Source: Fibrobacterales bacterium (lineage in GTDB: Bacteria > Fibrobacterota > Fibrobacteria > Fibrobacterales > JAOPTW01). Taken from it: a stretch of 64,000 nucleotides of DNA. The DNA is taken from contig JAOPTW010000013.1 in assembly GCA_051532035.1 (NCBI GenBank), positions 61,878 to 125,877 on the forward strand. The letters are read 5' to 3'. The position numbers and the translations under genes are program-made. The notes under the pieces are model-generated. The model was not told the DNA's origin. It made no database searches and saw nothing but the letters and a program-made list of their open reading frames with translations. This document shows positions 29,022-38,138 of the stretch, piece after piece. The first letter of the stretch is position 1. The number at the start of each line of letters is the position of its first letter.

Positions 29022-29234
29022 ACCCGCGCCAATATTTTTCTGCAGCAAAAAATACTGGACAAAATGCCGTCGCTGACCCGCAGCGAACCCGAAGGCCAGT
29101 CAGGTTCAGATATAAACCGCTCAGGATTAAACCTTCGATTCAACGAGAATGTTATTGAAAATATATACCTAACATCTTTATCCCTACCTTTTGTGGCTAA
29201 GATGTTAAATGTTTGATAACTATACAATTAGGAA

Positions 29235-29846
29235 TTACTGCTTAAGGAAATCCTTGATGAGATTCATGAGATCAGGATACTCTTCTACAGCAGGGAGCTC
29301 AGGGAATTGATCCTGAATTGCCTTATTAGACTTAAAGAGAATACCAAGCTCAGCTTCTTTAAGCATTGTCGTATCATTAAATGAATCACCCGCAGCACAG
29401 ATAGAGTAATTAAGCCCTGTGAGTGCTTGAACCGCTTTTTTCTTCTGGTCTGGCTGTCTGAGACAATAGTCTACAATAACATCATTTTCGACTGTAAGAT
29501 TGTGACAAAAAATAGTTGGCCAATCGAGTTGTTTCATGAAGGGAACCGCAAATTCTACAAATGTATCAGACAGAATAATAACCTGGGTGATTGAGCGGAG
29601 CTCTGCAAGAAATTCTTTAGCACCTTTAAGCGGTTCTAATGTGCTGATAACGTCTTGTATTTGACTTAATTTGAAGTTGTTTTCTTTTAAGATATCGAGA
29701 CGGCCCTGCATGAGTTCGTCATAATCAGGAATGTCACGCGTAGTTAGTTTTAAGGCTTCAATACCTGTTTTGTTGGCAAATTCAATCCAAACTTCGGGTA
29801 TCAGAACCCCTTCTAAGTCGAGGGCAATAATTTTTTGTGTAGCCAT
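29235..29846 (-). CDS. thrH: HAD-family phosphoserine phosphatase/homoserine phosphotransferase (ThrH-like)
   Basis: LDLEGVLIPEVWIEFANKTGIEALKLTTRDIPDYDELM...VIILSDTFVEFA...AAGDSFNDTTMLKEAELGILF is close to my recollection of Pseudomonas ThrH over the full length. Confidence 0.8.
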   Translation of the reverse strand: MATQKIIALDLEGVLIPEVWIEFANKTGIEALKLTTRDIPDYDELMQGRLDILKENNFKLSQIQDVISTLEPLKGAKEFLAELRSITQVIILSDTFVEFAVPFMKQLDWPTIFCHNLTVENDVIVDYCLRQPDQKKKAVQALTGLNYSICAAGDSFNDTTMLKEAELGILFKSNKAIQDQFPELPAVEEYPDLMNLIKDFLKQ

Positions 29847-30733
29847 TACTTTGCTCCCTTAAAGTACTCTTCTATTTCGGTTGGGGTAAAAAGGTACTGA
29901 GTTCTGCAAAAATCACAAATGATTTCAGTGTCTTCGCCTTTTGTAACAATATCAGCAATATCATTTTTTGACAATGCTTGAAGTGAATTTAACGAACGGT
30001 CTTTTGAACAAAAGCATTGAAACACTGGGTCACGGGTTGCGTGAATAACCGGAGTAAACGGACCATAAAGCTCATTGAGCAAACCTTCAATATCATACCC
30101 TTCAGCAGTACTAAAATCATCAAAAGGTTTCATGTTTACGATTACTTGTTCGAGAATAGCGGTCGTTTTATCATCTATATCAGGAAATGCCTCTACAAGA
30201 AACCCAACGGCATATTCGAGCTCTTTAGTAGTCCCCTCTTTGAGTTTGGTTGCAATGCCTACTGCTGATTTTGTCTGTTCAGAGTTGAGGTAGTATGCCG
30301 CAAGGGATTTACTAATCTCTGGGTGCGTCATCTCTACAATGCCTTCTGAAAGAAGCTTGGCCTCTTTATTATATTTTTTAACCCTGAGTGTCTGGGGAGA
30401 TAAGAGGAGTTCAAAGTCTCCTGCAGCATCAATCTCTTCGTGCGGTATCTTGGCCCGAACAAGGCCAGCAGGTGTTGAGTCAGCCATTACATAGCTAATG
30501 TCGCCCGAAAACTCAGCTTTAAAACTAACGGTTCCATTATCTTTGAGGGATGAGGAGAGCATCAGTGATGCAATTGAGGATTCTGCAAGGAGGGAAAGGG
30601 TCCATGCCTCGGCCCCCTGTATGGCGCCGATTTTATTTGCGGTGCGGGTAAAGTCAATAACGACAACTCTAAAGGGTGCTTTTTCGGCAGTTGATCGAAT
30701 GATTGTATCTTTTCGATGAGTAGTCTCTGACAC
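29846..30733 (-). CDS. hslO: Redox-regulated chaperone Hsp33
   Basis: The C-terminal zinc centre is CFCSKDR...CDFCRTQY (CxC...CxxC). The length is typical. Confidence 0.85.
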   Translation of the reverse strand: MSETTHRKDTIIRSTAEKAPFRVVVIDFTRTANKIGAIQGAEAWTLSLLAESSIASLMLSSSLKDNGTVSFKAEFSGDISYVMADSTPAGLVRAKIPHEEIDAAGDFELLLSPQTLRVKKYNKEAKLLSEGIVEMTHPEISKSLAAYYLNSEQTKSAVGIATKLKEGTTKELEYAVGFLVEAFPDIDDKTTAILEQVIVNMKPFDDFSTAEGYDIEGLLNELYGPFTPVIHATRDPVFQCFCSKDRSLNSLQALSKNDIADIVTKGEDTEIICDFCRTQYLFTPTEIEEYFKGAK

Positions 30734-30832
30734 AGAAGTCTCCTGAGAGGAAGGTGTAAATCGTTATTTCAGTTCAAAAATACAAAATTAATACCCCTTT
30801 TTAAATCAGATCTTCGGTGAATAAGTTAAATT

Positions 30833-31414
30833 TTGGCTGTTTGGAAGAATACGAGCAAAAAAGTTCAATCACCGCATCATATGAATAGAGAAAAAGTAGC
30901 ACGAGCTATCCGGTATTACCGATACAAGCTGTTTCCACGGAATCAGCGGTCGTTTCCTGTAGCGCTTTCTATTTTCTTAGGAGTATGGATCGGAGTAATG
31001 CCAACTATAGGTATCGCTATTGCGCTCACTATTCTGATCTGTAAAATTATACGCATTCCAATAATCCCCGGTGTTACTGCATCATTTATTGCGAACCCGG
31101 CAACCCAGTTTCCATTCTTTTATCCTGGGGGCTATGCAATTGGCACGGCGATTGTCGACCCTCCCCCTTTTGAGTTTCTCTCAATTTTTCAAAAAATATC
31201 TCAAGGATTTTCGATTACAGAGTTAAGTAGTTATGGCGAAACCTTAGGTGGCTTTGCCTCACTGGCCACACAAAATACTCACCATTTTGTTAGTTTCATG
31301 GTGGGTATGACTGTTCTTTCGACAATTATCGGTGGCGTTTGCTTTTTTGCAGCACTCTATTATATGGAGAATCTTAAAAAAAACCGATTTAATGCGAAAG
31401 GTTCTAAACGATAG
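30833..31414 (+). CDS. DUF2062 family membrane protein
   Basis: GVWIGVMPTIGIAIALTILICKIIRIPIIPGVTASFIANPATQFPFFY is DUF2062-like. The start is ambiguous: TTG at 30833 or ATG at 30881. Confidence 0.6.
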   Translation: MAVWKNTSKKVQSPHHMNREKVARAIRYYRYKLFPRNQRSFPVALSIFLGVWIGVMPTIGIAIALTILICKIIRIPIIPGVTASFIANPATQFPFFYPGGYAIGTAIVDPPPFEFLSIFQKISQGFSITELSSYGETLGGFASLATQNTHHFVSFMVGMTVLSTIIGGVCFFAALYYMENLKKNRFNAKGSKR

Positions 31415-31461
31415 GCTAAAAAAAGCCGAAAACCTATAGAGGAACAGTTACCTTTATAGAT

Positions 31462-33762
31462 GTGAGTTTCGTGAAATTTAGTTCTCTTATAATTATATTA
31501 GTCGTATCAGCAACACTGTTGATGGGCCAATTTATATCAGTAGATGGTCTGTATGGATATCACACAACTCCCTCTGCAGCAATAAAACCAGCGGGAACCT
31601 TTACTGGTTTTGGGAATATACTGCCCGTCTATTATAGCCCGTATCCTGATAGTACCCGACAGCCATTTAATGGAGGTTTTAATTTAGCACTTCTCAGTAA
31701 CCTGGAAATGGGGATGGTGGTCTCGACTATGACTGCAGATGGTGATAATTTTTATGTGCCTCGTATTTCATTTAAATATCAGTTTGATCAGTTTACGAAA
31801 GATTCTCCTCTCCTCAGTATTGGCACAACTGATCTACTCAATAGACAAAATTTTGTTGGTAACCTCTTTTTTGTAGGCGCTACTCATTTTTACCCCTTTG
31901 GCACAAAGATCACTTTTGAAACGGGTGCAATCTATCAGCGCTATACCAAAGAGAGCCCCCCTAAGGAAATCTATACGCCAATTCGTGCTTTTTTAAATGG
32001 TAGCTTAGACAATGGGAGCTACGCTTTTGTATTTGAAAACAAAATTAGTGACCTTGGTTTAGAATTGAGTCAGTTTTTGGTGTATCGACCGGGTTTTGAA
32101 GAGTACCCTTATTCGGGATTCAGTGTTATGGTAGGCCGAGCTTCGACGGAGTTTTATCCTGATAAAATGAGTTCTATTGTAGCTGGCTTTGAGTATACGA
32201 GAAGTTTCAGATCAATTGACCCCGATCTTGACCGTATCAAAAAGCGAATGAAATTTAAAGAGCCTATCTTTTGGATTGACCTTAAGCCAGACTTTATTGG
32301 AATAAATCAGTTGAATCTATCCGGGGGGCTAAAACAAATAACAGCACAGCGACTGGGAATAGAAAGTGATATCGCGATAGAAACGGGTATCCCCAATCTT
32401 ATGTGGGTAAATACCTTTAATTTTCCAATCCAATCTAAGAATGAAGAACATTTAGATGGTGTTACATACTGGTCAAAGCGGGTGCTTCAGTATGAGATTC
32501 CCACATCGAAGTCAGGCCAATATCTTTCGATTTATGCTCCTCAAGTCTCTTTCGGGTATTTCGGACATAATGCTCGCGGGATATTGTGGGGTCAAAAAAT
32601 AGCTCTCTTTAATTGGCGCCCTATTGAATTTTCACTTGGTATTATTAATCAAGAAGAATTACCGAGTAATCCATTTATGCTGTATCGAGTTGCAAGACTC
32701 CCGATACATCCCCCTTTCAGTGGGTTTAGTGCGAGAGATGTTCAATGGTATATTGAAGGAGGCACGTTTAAGGATAAGAGCACTACTGTAGGTATTGTGG
32801 GTAACTATCCTGGTGGTGATGGTTTTGAAGCTGAAGTATCATTGCGCTATAACCTTGATTGGGGCATAGAGGTAGGACTGCAATATACAATGGACCTTTC
32901 TGATATGGTTCAGTACACCGGTTCCTTGATGCATATTGGGTTATCGCCGCGTAATAGAATGAATTTTCGGAATTCGATTTCCCAGACGAGAAGTGCACAA
33001 AATGAGTCACTGGATACTTATACATGGAGAAGTTCAATTAATGACGATAACACATTTCAAGATACCTGGTGGGAAAAACCTCATATAAATGTCAACCGGA
33101 GCATTGATACGTCCTATTTTAATCGATTAGTATTTTGTAGAGATACCCCCACCACGGAGTGTGAAGTAACTGATCGAGACGGTGATAGCATTCCAGATCA
33201 TCTTGATGCCTGTCCCGACAGGGCCGAAGATAAAGACTCGTTTCTTGATGACGATGGTTGCCCTGATCTCGATGATGACGGCGATAACATCACTGATTCA
33301 CTCGATCAATGTAAAATGATACCAGAGGATATTGACGGATATTTGGATCAAGATGGTTGCCCTGAGTTTGATAATGATGAAGATGGTATTCTGGATAGTC
33401 TTGATGTTTGTCCCTTGCAAGCAGAAGATATTGATGGTTTTGAAGATGAGGATGGGTGCCCTGAACTTGATAATGATGGCGATGGGATATTAGATAATTT
33501 TGATCGCTGTGTCTCGATACCGGAAGACCTCGATGGCATTGATGATGATGATGGGTGTCCTGAGTTTGTAGATAATGATGAGATTCCAGATCATCTGGAT
33601 AATTGCCCTGAATTGACTGAAGACTTTGATGGGTTTGAAGATGAAGACGGGTGCCCCGAACCAGATAATGATCGCGATGGTATCATCGATATCAAAGATC
33701 AATGCCCGAATAAGCATGAAATATTTAATAGTTTTATGGATGAAGATGGGTGTCCTGAGTAA
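31462..33762 (+). CDS. Putative outer-membrane protein with C-terminal thrombospondin type-3 (Ca-binding) repeats
   Basis: A GTG start opens a signal peptide, followed by a beta-rich N-terminal ~550 aa. About 12 repeats of type D.DGD.I.D..D.CP...ED.DGF.DEDGCPE follow. The ORF ends inside the repeat array with no OmpA-like domain. Confidence 0.7.
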   Translation: MSFVKFSSLIIILVVSATLLMGQFISVDGLYGYHTTPSAAIKPAGTFTGFGNILPVYYSPYPDSTRQPFNGGFNLALLSNLEMGMVVSTMTADGDNFYVPRISFKYQFDQFTKDSPLLSIGTTDLLNRQNFVGNLFFVGATHFYPFGTKITFETGAIYQRYTKESPPKEIYTPIRAFLNGSLDNGSYAFVFENKISDLGLELSQFLVYRPGFEEYPYSGFSVMVGRASTEFYPDKMSSIVAGFEYTRSFRSIDPDLDRIKKRMKFKEPIFWIDLKPDFIGINQLNLSGGLKQITAQRLGIESDIAIETGIPNLMWVNTFNFPIQSKNEEHLDGVTYWSKRVLQYEIPTSKSGQYLSIYAPQVSFGYFGHNARGILWGQKIALFNWRPIEFSLGIINQEELPSNPFMLYRVARLPIHPPFSGFSARDVQWYIEGGTFKDKSTTVGIVGNYPGGDGFEAEVSLRYNLDWGIEVGLQYTMDLSDMVQYTGSLMHIGLSPRNRMNFRNSISQTRSAQNESLDTYTWRSSINDDNTFQDTWWEKPHINVNRSIDTSYFNRLVFCRDTPTTECEVTDRDGDSIPDHLDACPDRAEDKDSFLDDDGCPDLDDDGDNITDSLDQCKMIPEDIDGYLDQDGCPEFDNDEDGILDSLDVCPLQAEDIDGFEDEDGCPELDNDGDGILDNFDRCVSIPEDLDGIDDDDGCPEFVDNDEIPDHLDNCPELTEDFDGFEDEDGCPEPDNDRDGIIDIKDQCPNKHEIFNSFMDEDGCPE

Positions 33763-33800
33763 AAAACGATAGCACTATAGCAGGACAAATGTAAAGGGTT

Positions 33801-35087
33801 TTAGTGAAAACCTCGAATGGAATGAAATGGTGATGCAAAATTTTGAGGTATTGGCTGTTCAATAGATCGTTTAATTAATAACGAAGTGCTCTCTCCACTA
33901 AGTGATTCCAAAGCTGCAGCAAATACTCCCTCATCTTCGGCCCCCAATTCATGCAAGAGATCATCTCGCGCCGTGACTGATTCGTCGATGCCACCAAAGA
34001 AGTCCCACTGTTCACCATTAGTCCCACCGATAAACGAAATGGGAAAAAACATGTGACTTTTAAGGTCAAAGCTGTACATCCCTACTGGTTTACCTGCAGT
34101 TTGTTGACCTACTACAGTAAGATCAATGTGATCTTTGAGGGTCATAATGAGGTATTCACTCGCCGAGGCTGTGCGCCCACTGGTAATTACGATAACCTTT
34201 TTTGGGGCAAGTGTATTGTTGTGGGGCTCGATACTATAGGTGGTATCGATATCCGAATTTTTATCATTAGCATAGAGTGAAAAGGAGGCGTCTTGATAAT
34301 TGCTCGGGAGCAAATAGCTTGCAATATAACTCGCGACATCGAGTGAGCCTCCACCGTTATAACGTAAATCGATAACGAGCTCGGTGACCCCTTCAGTATG
34401 AAAGAATTCAAAAACCGTATCAAGATGAGGGATTGAGAAATCCATAAAACTGTTATATAGCATATACCCAACAGTATGGTGCTCTTTCTCAATAACGGTA
34501 GCGAGGGGGATAACTGGAATTAATAAATTTTCTTTACTAAAAACCTTTTTTATAACCTTTCCAGAGCTTGTGTGTACTTCAAATTCGATGCTATAACCAA
34601 CTTCATCAGGGCCATATTCATTACCAAATCCACCTTCGCGGATTAACTCCTTTACATCGTTGCCATTGAGAGACACAAGAGTGTCTCCCCTATGAATTCC
34701 TGCTTCAGCAATCTTTGACTCTTCAAATACTTGTGAAAACACAAGATAATCAGACGACACCCGCATAAAATCAATACCAAGCCCAACTCCTTCTCCGTTA
34801 ATATAGTGCTCAGTATAGGTGTCGATATCAAGAATAAAGCTCCATTTGTCTGGACCTGGGTCATTGTAAGCAAGTGCATTGACATATTCTTGAGGGTCAC
34901 TATCATAATAATCGGAACGGTCAACCCACTCTATTTTATCGTACCAAAGATAGTAGCGACTCATAACTTGCGAAATGTCACTTAACAGACGTGATTGAGC
35001 GGTATTGGTGTCATCATTATCGGTGACTAAAGAACATTGTGTCAGTGCTAGAAGGACGATGCCTCCTACAAGGGATTTTAAAATCAT
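33801..35087 (-). CDS. S41 family C-terminal processing peptidase lipoprotein (PDZ-containing)
   Basis: The lipobox is LALTQC. The PDZ motif is GIHRGDTLVSLNGNDV. VIDLRYNGGGS and VVIITSGRTASASE mark the S41 Ser region. Confidence 0.8.
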   Translation of the reverse strand: MILKSLVGGIVLLALTQCSLVTDNDDTNTAQSRLLSDISQVMSRYYLWYDKIEWVDRSDYYDSDPQEYVNALAYNDPGPDKWSFILDIDTYTEHYINGEGVGLGIDFMRVSSDYLVFSQVFEESKIAEAGIHRGDTLVSLNGNDVKELIREGGFGNEYGPDEVGYSIEFEVHTSSGKVIKKVFSKENLLIPVIPLATVIEKEHHTVGYMLYNSFMDFSIPHLDTVFEFFHTEGVTELVIDLRYNGGGSLDVASYIASYLLPSNYQDASFSLYANDKNSDIDTTYSIEPHNNTLAPKKVIVITSGRTASASEYLIMTLKDHIDLTVVGQQTAGKPVGMYSFDLKSHMFFPISFIGGTNGEQWDFFGGIDESVTARDDLLHELGAEDEGVFAAALESLSGESTSLLIKRSIEQPIPQNFASPFHSIRGFH

Positions 35088-35186
35088 AAATATATCCTAA
35101 ATAAGCTCCTAGTAATTATATCTTTTTTTCGATGATTGAGTATCCCCTAATGTTTCTAGCTATATTTATAGTCAATAAATGATGAG

Positions 35187-35672
35187 ATGGCAGTAATGAA
35201 ACCCGATAACCACCTGAGTAGAGCTGGATTTGAGACTCTTAAAGCTGAATGGCACGATTTAAAATTTGTACAACGCCCAGAAATGAAGCGTCAGGTGCAA
35301 GCGGCAGCAGCAGAAGGTGACCGATCAGAGAATGCGGCGTATACCTATGGTAAAATGCGGCTTCGGGACATTGATCAACGCCTTAAAAAGCTCGATCGTA
35401 TTTTGGATGGTTCTATAATTGTCGATACCGTTAAATCTGATGATGGCAAGGTCCGTTTTGGTGCTACAGCAACCCTCTTAAATGCAACGAACGGTAAGTC
35501 AGCCACTTACACCCTTGTGGGTTCAGCCGAAGTAGATGCGATTAATGGTCGGATTTCTATGGACTCACCGATGGGTAAAGAGCTAATGTTTAAAGTGGTG
35601 GGTGACTCAGTTACAGTTCAAACACCACGTGGCCCTGTAGAATACACTGTAACAGATGTGGCATTTCTCTAA
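35187..35672 (+). CDS. greB: Transcript cleavage factor, GreA/GreB family (GreB-like)
   Basis: GFETLKAEWHDLKFVQRPEM...EGDRSENAAYTYGKMRLRDIDQRLKKLDRIL, with the C-terminal ISMDSPMGKELMFKVVGD. Confidence 0.75.
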   Translation: MAVMKPDNHLSRAGFETLKAEWHDLKFVQRPEMKRQVQAAAAEGDRSENAAYTYGKMRLRDIDQRLKKLDRILDGSIIVDTVKSDDGKVRFGATATLLNATNGKSATYTLVGSAEVDAINGRISMDSPMGKELMFKVVGDSVTVQTPRGPVEYTVTDVAFL

Positions 35673-35751
35673 GGATCAGAGTGCCTGTTATTCACACCCC
35701 TTATGATAGTTATTACATTTGTCGTATTAAATCTTTTTTAAAAACTACCCC

Positions 35752-36573
35752 ATGTATATAGATACCCATTGCCATATAGACTCAATTATAGATAAAATGA
35801 ATCTTGACAACGGTGAGCTAATCACTGATATTTCACCCGAGACAGTCCTTAAGCACTATACCACGTTAAAAGAGCTTTTCCCTCCTGAGTATGAAGGCGC
35901 CATTAATGTATCCTGTGAAACGGCAACCCTCGATTTTGGACTGAGTATTATACAGTCGTGTCCTGAGGTATTTGGAGCTCTTGGGATTCATCCCCATGAT
36001 GCAAAAGAGTACACGGATGCAATTCATGAAAAACTCATTGCAGCTATGGCTCTACAAAAAGTGGTTGCATGGGGGGAAATGGGACTCGACTATCACTATG
36101 ATTTTTCTCCTCGAGAGATACAGCAAGAGGTGTTTGTACGACAGCTTTCTGCCGCGGCATCTCTCAACAAGCCAATTTTAATTCACACGCGTGAGGCAGA
36201 AGAAGATACCCTTAGAATACTAAATGAGCATCTGCCGGATATCATTCCTACCCATATACACTGCTATACTGGAGATATCTCATTTATGAAAAAGCTGGAT
36301 GGTCTCAATAAAAAGCTCTTTTTTGGCTTTACCGGCGTGATTACTTTCAAAAATTCACAATCCATCCGTGAGGCATTAGAATGGCTACCTTTGGATCAAA
36401 TACTCCTCGAGACCGATGGCCCTTATATGGCACCTATCCCTTTTAGAGGAAAAAAAGCACACCCTGGTATGATCCCTCATATTGCCTCAATGATTGCAGA
36501 AGTAAAAAATATCTCCCTTGAGTCTGTCTATACTGCCTGTCGTGAGAACACTCGAGTCATGTACGGAATTTAA
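35752..36573 (+). CDS. tatD: TatD family metal-dependent hydrolase
   Basis: MYIDTHCHID, GEMGLDYHY, ILIHTREA and LLETDGPYMAP are all present. Confidence 0.9.
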   Translation: MYIDTHCHIDSIIDKMNLDNGELITDISPETVLKHYTTLKELFPPEYEGAINVSCETATLDFGLSIIQSCPEVFGALGIHPHDAKEYTDAIHEKLIAAMALQKVVAWGEMGLDYHYDFSPREIQQEVFVRQLSAAASLNKPILIHTREAEEDTLRILNEHLPDIIPTHIHCYTGDISFMKKLDGLNKKLFFGFTGVITFKNSQSIREALEWLPLDQILLETDGPYMAPIPFRGKKAHPGMIPHIASMIAEVKNISLESVYTACRENTRVMYGI

Positions 36574-36623
36574 TAGAGAACGATTTTACAGAATTAATTA
36601 CATTTATTTTCGATCACCCCTTT

Positions 36624-37601
36624 ATGATTAGGTCTTTTATGAACTCTGTATTTTATAAGGTACTCTTGATGAGTACTCTCTCTTTAGTGATGCTGAATTG
36701 TAGCGAAAATAGCCCAACGCCCCTAGCTCAGATTACTCCAACAGTATCTTCGAGCTCGGAACCGCTTGTGCAATCATCAAGTTCAATGATGGAACCACTC
36801 TCATCAGCTATTGTGGCCGACCCTAATTGGAATGGTCCTGCTAAAAGATTCCCCACTGTAGCACATACTACGGATACGCTCACCATTCTCACTGTTCGTA
36901 TTACTCATACGGATTATAAAGGAAGTACTGTAGTATCTATTATTGATTCTATCTATAACAGTGCCCAACAATTGGTAACGGTTGTTGAATGGAGTGTTCC
37001 AAAGGATTCTTTAAACTCAGGGGTACCCATGATTAAAGCGCGCAGTCGAAATCATTATACCGATGCCGGACATGTCGTTGCCATAGAACGGAGCTCACTC
37101 AACTTAGGTATGGATAGCATCTATTCAGCAAACACCTACACCTACTCTGAGACAAATGAACTTACTGAGTACAGCACCTATTATTTTGGTGACCTCTATG
37201 AATGGGACCAGTATACCTATACCGCAGACTCAATTAATAAGGAAACCTTTAAACCTACTGCACCCGATACCCCTCAATTTTGTTCACGTAATGGACTTGA
37301 TGCCGCAGGTCACATTTTAAATCTCTATTCGGGAGGCTGTGACAGTTTAGCACTCATTTATAAAAACCTCTATGATGACGTTACGGGTACTCTTTCATCG
37401 GTACAACGCTATGGAGGTCAAGAAATGGTCAATACCACTGAAGTGTATAGCTATAATGCCACCACACTATCTGATATATTAATTTCAAATGGAAATGAGT
37501 ACGTCTATCAGTATGATACCAGTGATCGTATTTCCAGCATTGTATGGTATAATACTGCTGGAGATACGAATGAAGTTTGGGCTTATCAGTATAATCCTTA
37601 G
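36624..37601 (+). CDS. Lipoprotein with poly-Ser linker and YD-repeat-like motifs, function unknown
   Basis: The lipobox is LVMLNC and an SSSSEPLVQSSSS linker follows. YxYD-like strings occur (YVYQYDTSDRISSIVWYN, YTYSETNELTEY). Confidence 0.55.
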   Translation: MIRSFMNSVFYKVLLMSTLSLVMLNCSENSPTPLAQITPTVSSSSEPLVQSSSSMMEPLSSAIVADPNWNGPAKRFPTVAHTTDTLTILTVRITHTDYKGSTVVSIIDSIYNSAQQLVTVVEWSVPKDSLNSGVPMIKARSRNHYTDAGHVVAIERSSLNLGMDSIYSANTYTYSETNELTEYSTYYFGDLYEWDQYTYTADSINKETFKPTAPDTPQFCSRNGLDAAGHILNLYSGGCDSLALIYKNLYDDVTGTLSSVQRYGGQEMVNTTEVYSYNATTLSDILISNGNEYVYQYDTSDRISSIVWYNTAGDTNEVWAYQYNP

Positions 37602-37703
37602 AAATCGTTCTTGTACATTACTATCTGGAGAACTTTTTGCTATTTGAGGATACGCCTCGGGTAACTGAGAGCCCTCCCCTATAAATACTCAACATTTGTG
37701 GAC

Positions 37704-37725
37704 GTAACGGTTACTCACTGTAACC
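37704..37725. promoter_or_regulatory. Overlapping GTAAC/GTTAC palindromes GTAAC-G-GTTAC-TCACT-GTAACC (cassette B, distal site)
   Basis: GGTTAC-N5-GTAACC inverted repeat. It uses the same half-site as the 18-mer palindromes. Confidence 0.45.
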
Positions 37726-37771
37726 ACTTAAAATGGCTAATACATCAAATTTAGGCTAAAAATACCTATTC

Positions 37772-37789
37772 CGGTTACACCTGTAACCG
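37772..37789. promoter_or_regulatory. 18-nt palindromic element CGGTTACACCTGTAACCG (cassette B)
   Basis: It is the exact reverse complement of 18191-18208. It is flanked by CAAATTTAGGCTAA (37746-37759) and TAATCGGTTTTGTGTTC (37795-37811), as in cassette A. Confidence 0.55.
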
Positions 37790-37929
37790 CATTCTAATCG
37801 GTTTTGTGTTCAAGAATGACTCTCCTCTCATTTTGACTATATATTATACCTATGACACAGACGCATACATACAACCACAAACAAACTATTGCAGAAGACA
37901 CCCAGTCGCTGTGCATAGAGGAGAGTTCA

Positions 37930-38031
37930 ATGAATAAAACAGAAGAAATAGTAATCGATCTTATCCAATACTCTTTTATTGGGTTAATTACACTCGTCGT
38001 ATCTTATGCGAGTATCACTACACTTATTTAA
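37930..38031 (+). CDS. 33-aa hydrophobic micro-protein (cassette B), paralog of 18368-18469
   Basis: MNKTEEIVIDLIQYSFIGLITLVVSYASITTLI. The SD GAGGAG lies upstream and a hairpin with a T-run lies downstream. Confidence 0.45.
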   Translation: MNKTEEIVIDLIQYSFIGLITLVVSYASITTLI

Positions 38032-38047
38032 ATAATTACCACTGACA

Positions 38048-38101
38048 AATAGATCCGAATTACCCTTTATGTTATAAGAGTAAATTGGATCTATTGTTTT
38101 T
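38048..38101 (+). terminator. Probable terminator of the micro-ORF B transcript
   Basis: AATAGATCC...GGATCTATT forms a 9-bp stem with a ~30-nt loop, followed by GTTTTTT. Confidence 0.45.
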
Positions 38102-38108
38102 TAATTTC

Positions 38109-38138
38109 TTGTATATAAAAGTAGAATTTAGGTATAAT
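38109..38138 (+). promoter_or_regulatory. Sigma-70-like promoter for the TIGR02147 gene
   Basis: TTGTAT - 18 nt - TATAAT, about 135 nt upstream of the ATG at 38273. Confidence 0.45.

Noticed and set aside
28995-29215. Identification of the GC-rich island as SRP RNA, tmRNA, RNase P RNA or 6S RNA
   Set aside because: The conserved cores I know are absent on both strands: SRP GGAAGCAGC with a GNAR loop, the tmRNA 5' GGGGCTG...TTCGACGGG with a tRNA-like 3' end, and RNase P GGAAAGTCCGGGC. The resemblance to 6S is limited to a short string.
28994-29227. 77-aa minus-strand ORF in the GC-rich island
   Set aside because: Its composition is implausible and no motif is present. The region is better explained by stacked hairpins. 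It is kept as an ncRNA/structure candidate, not as a CDS.
33160-33760. Regularly spaced short DNA repeats that could be mistaken for a CRISPR-like array
   Set aside because: They are in-frame codons of the TSP3 Ca-binding repeats within a continuous ORF. There are no unique spacers and no cas genes in the window.
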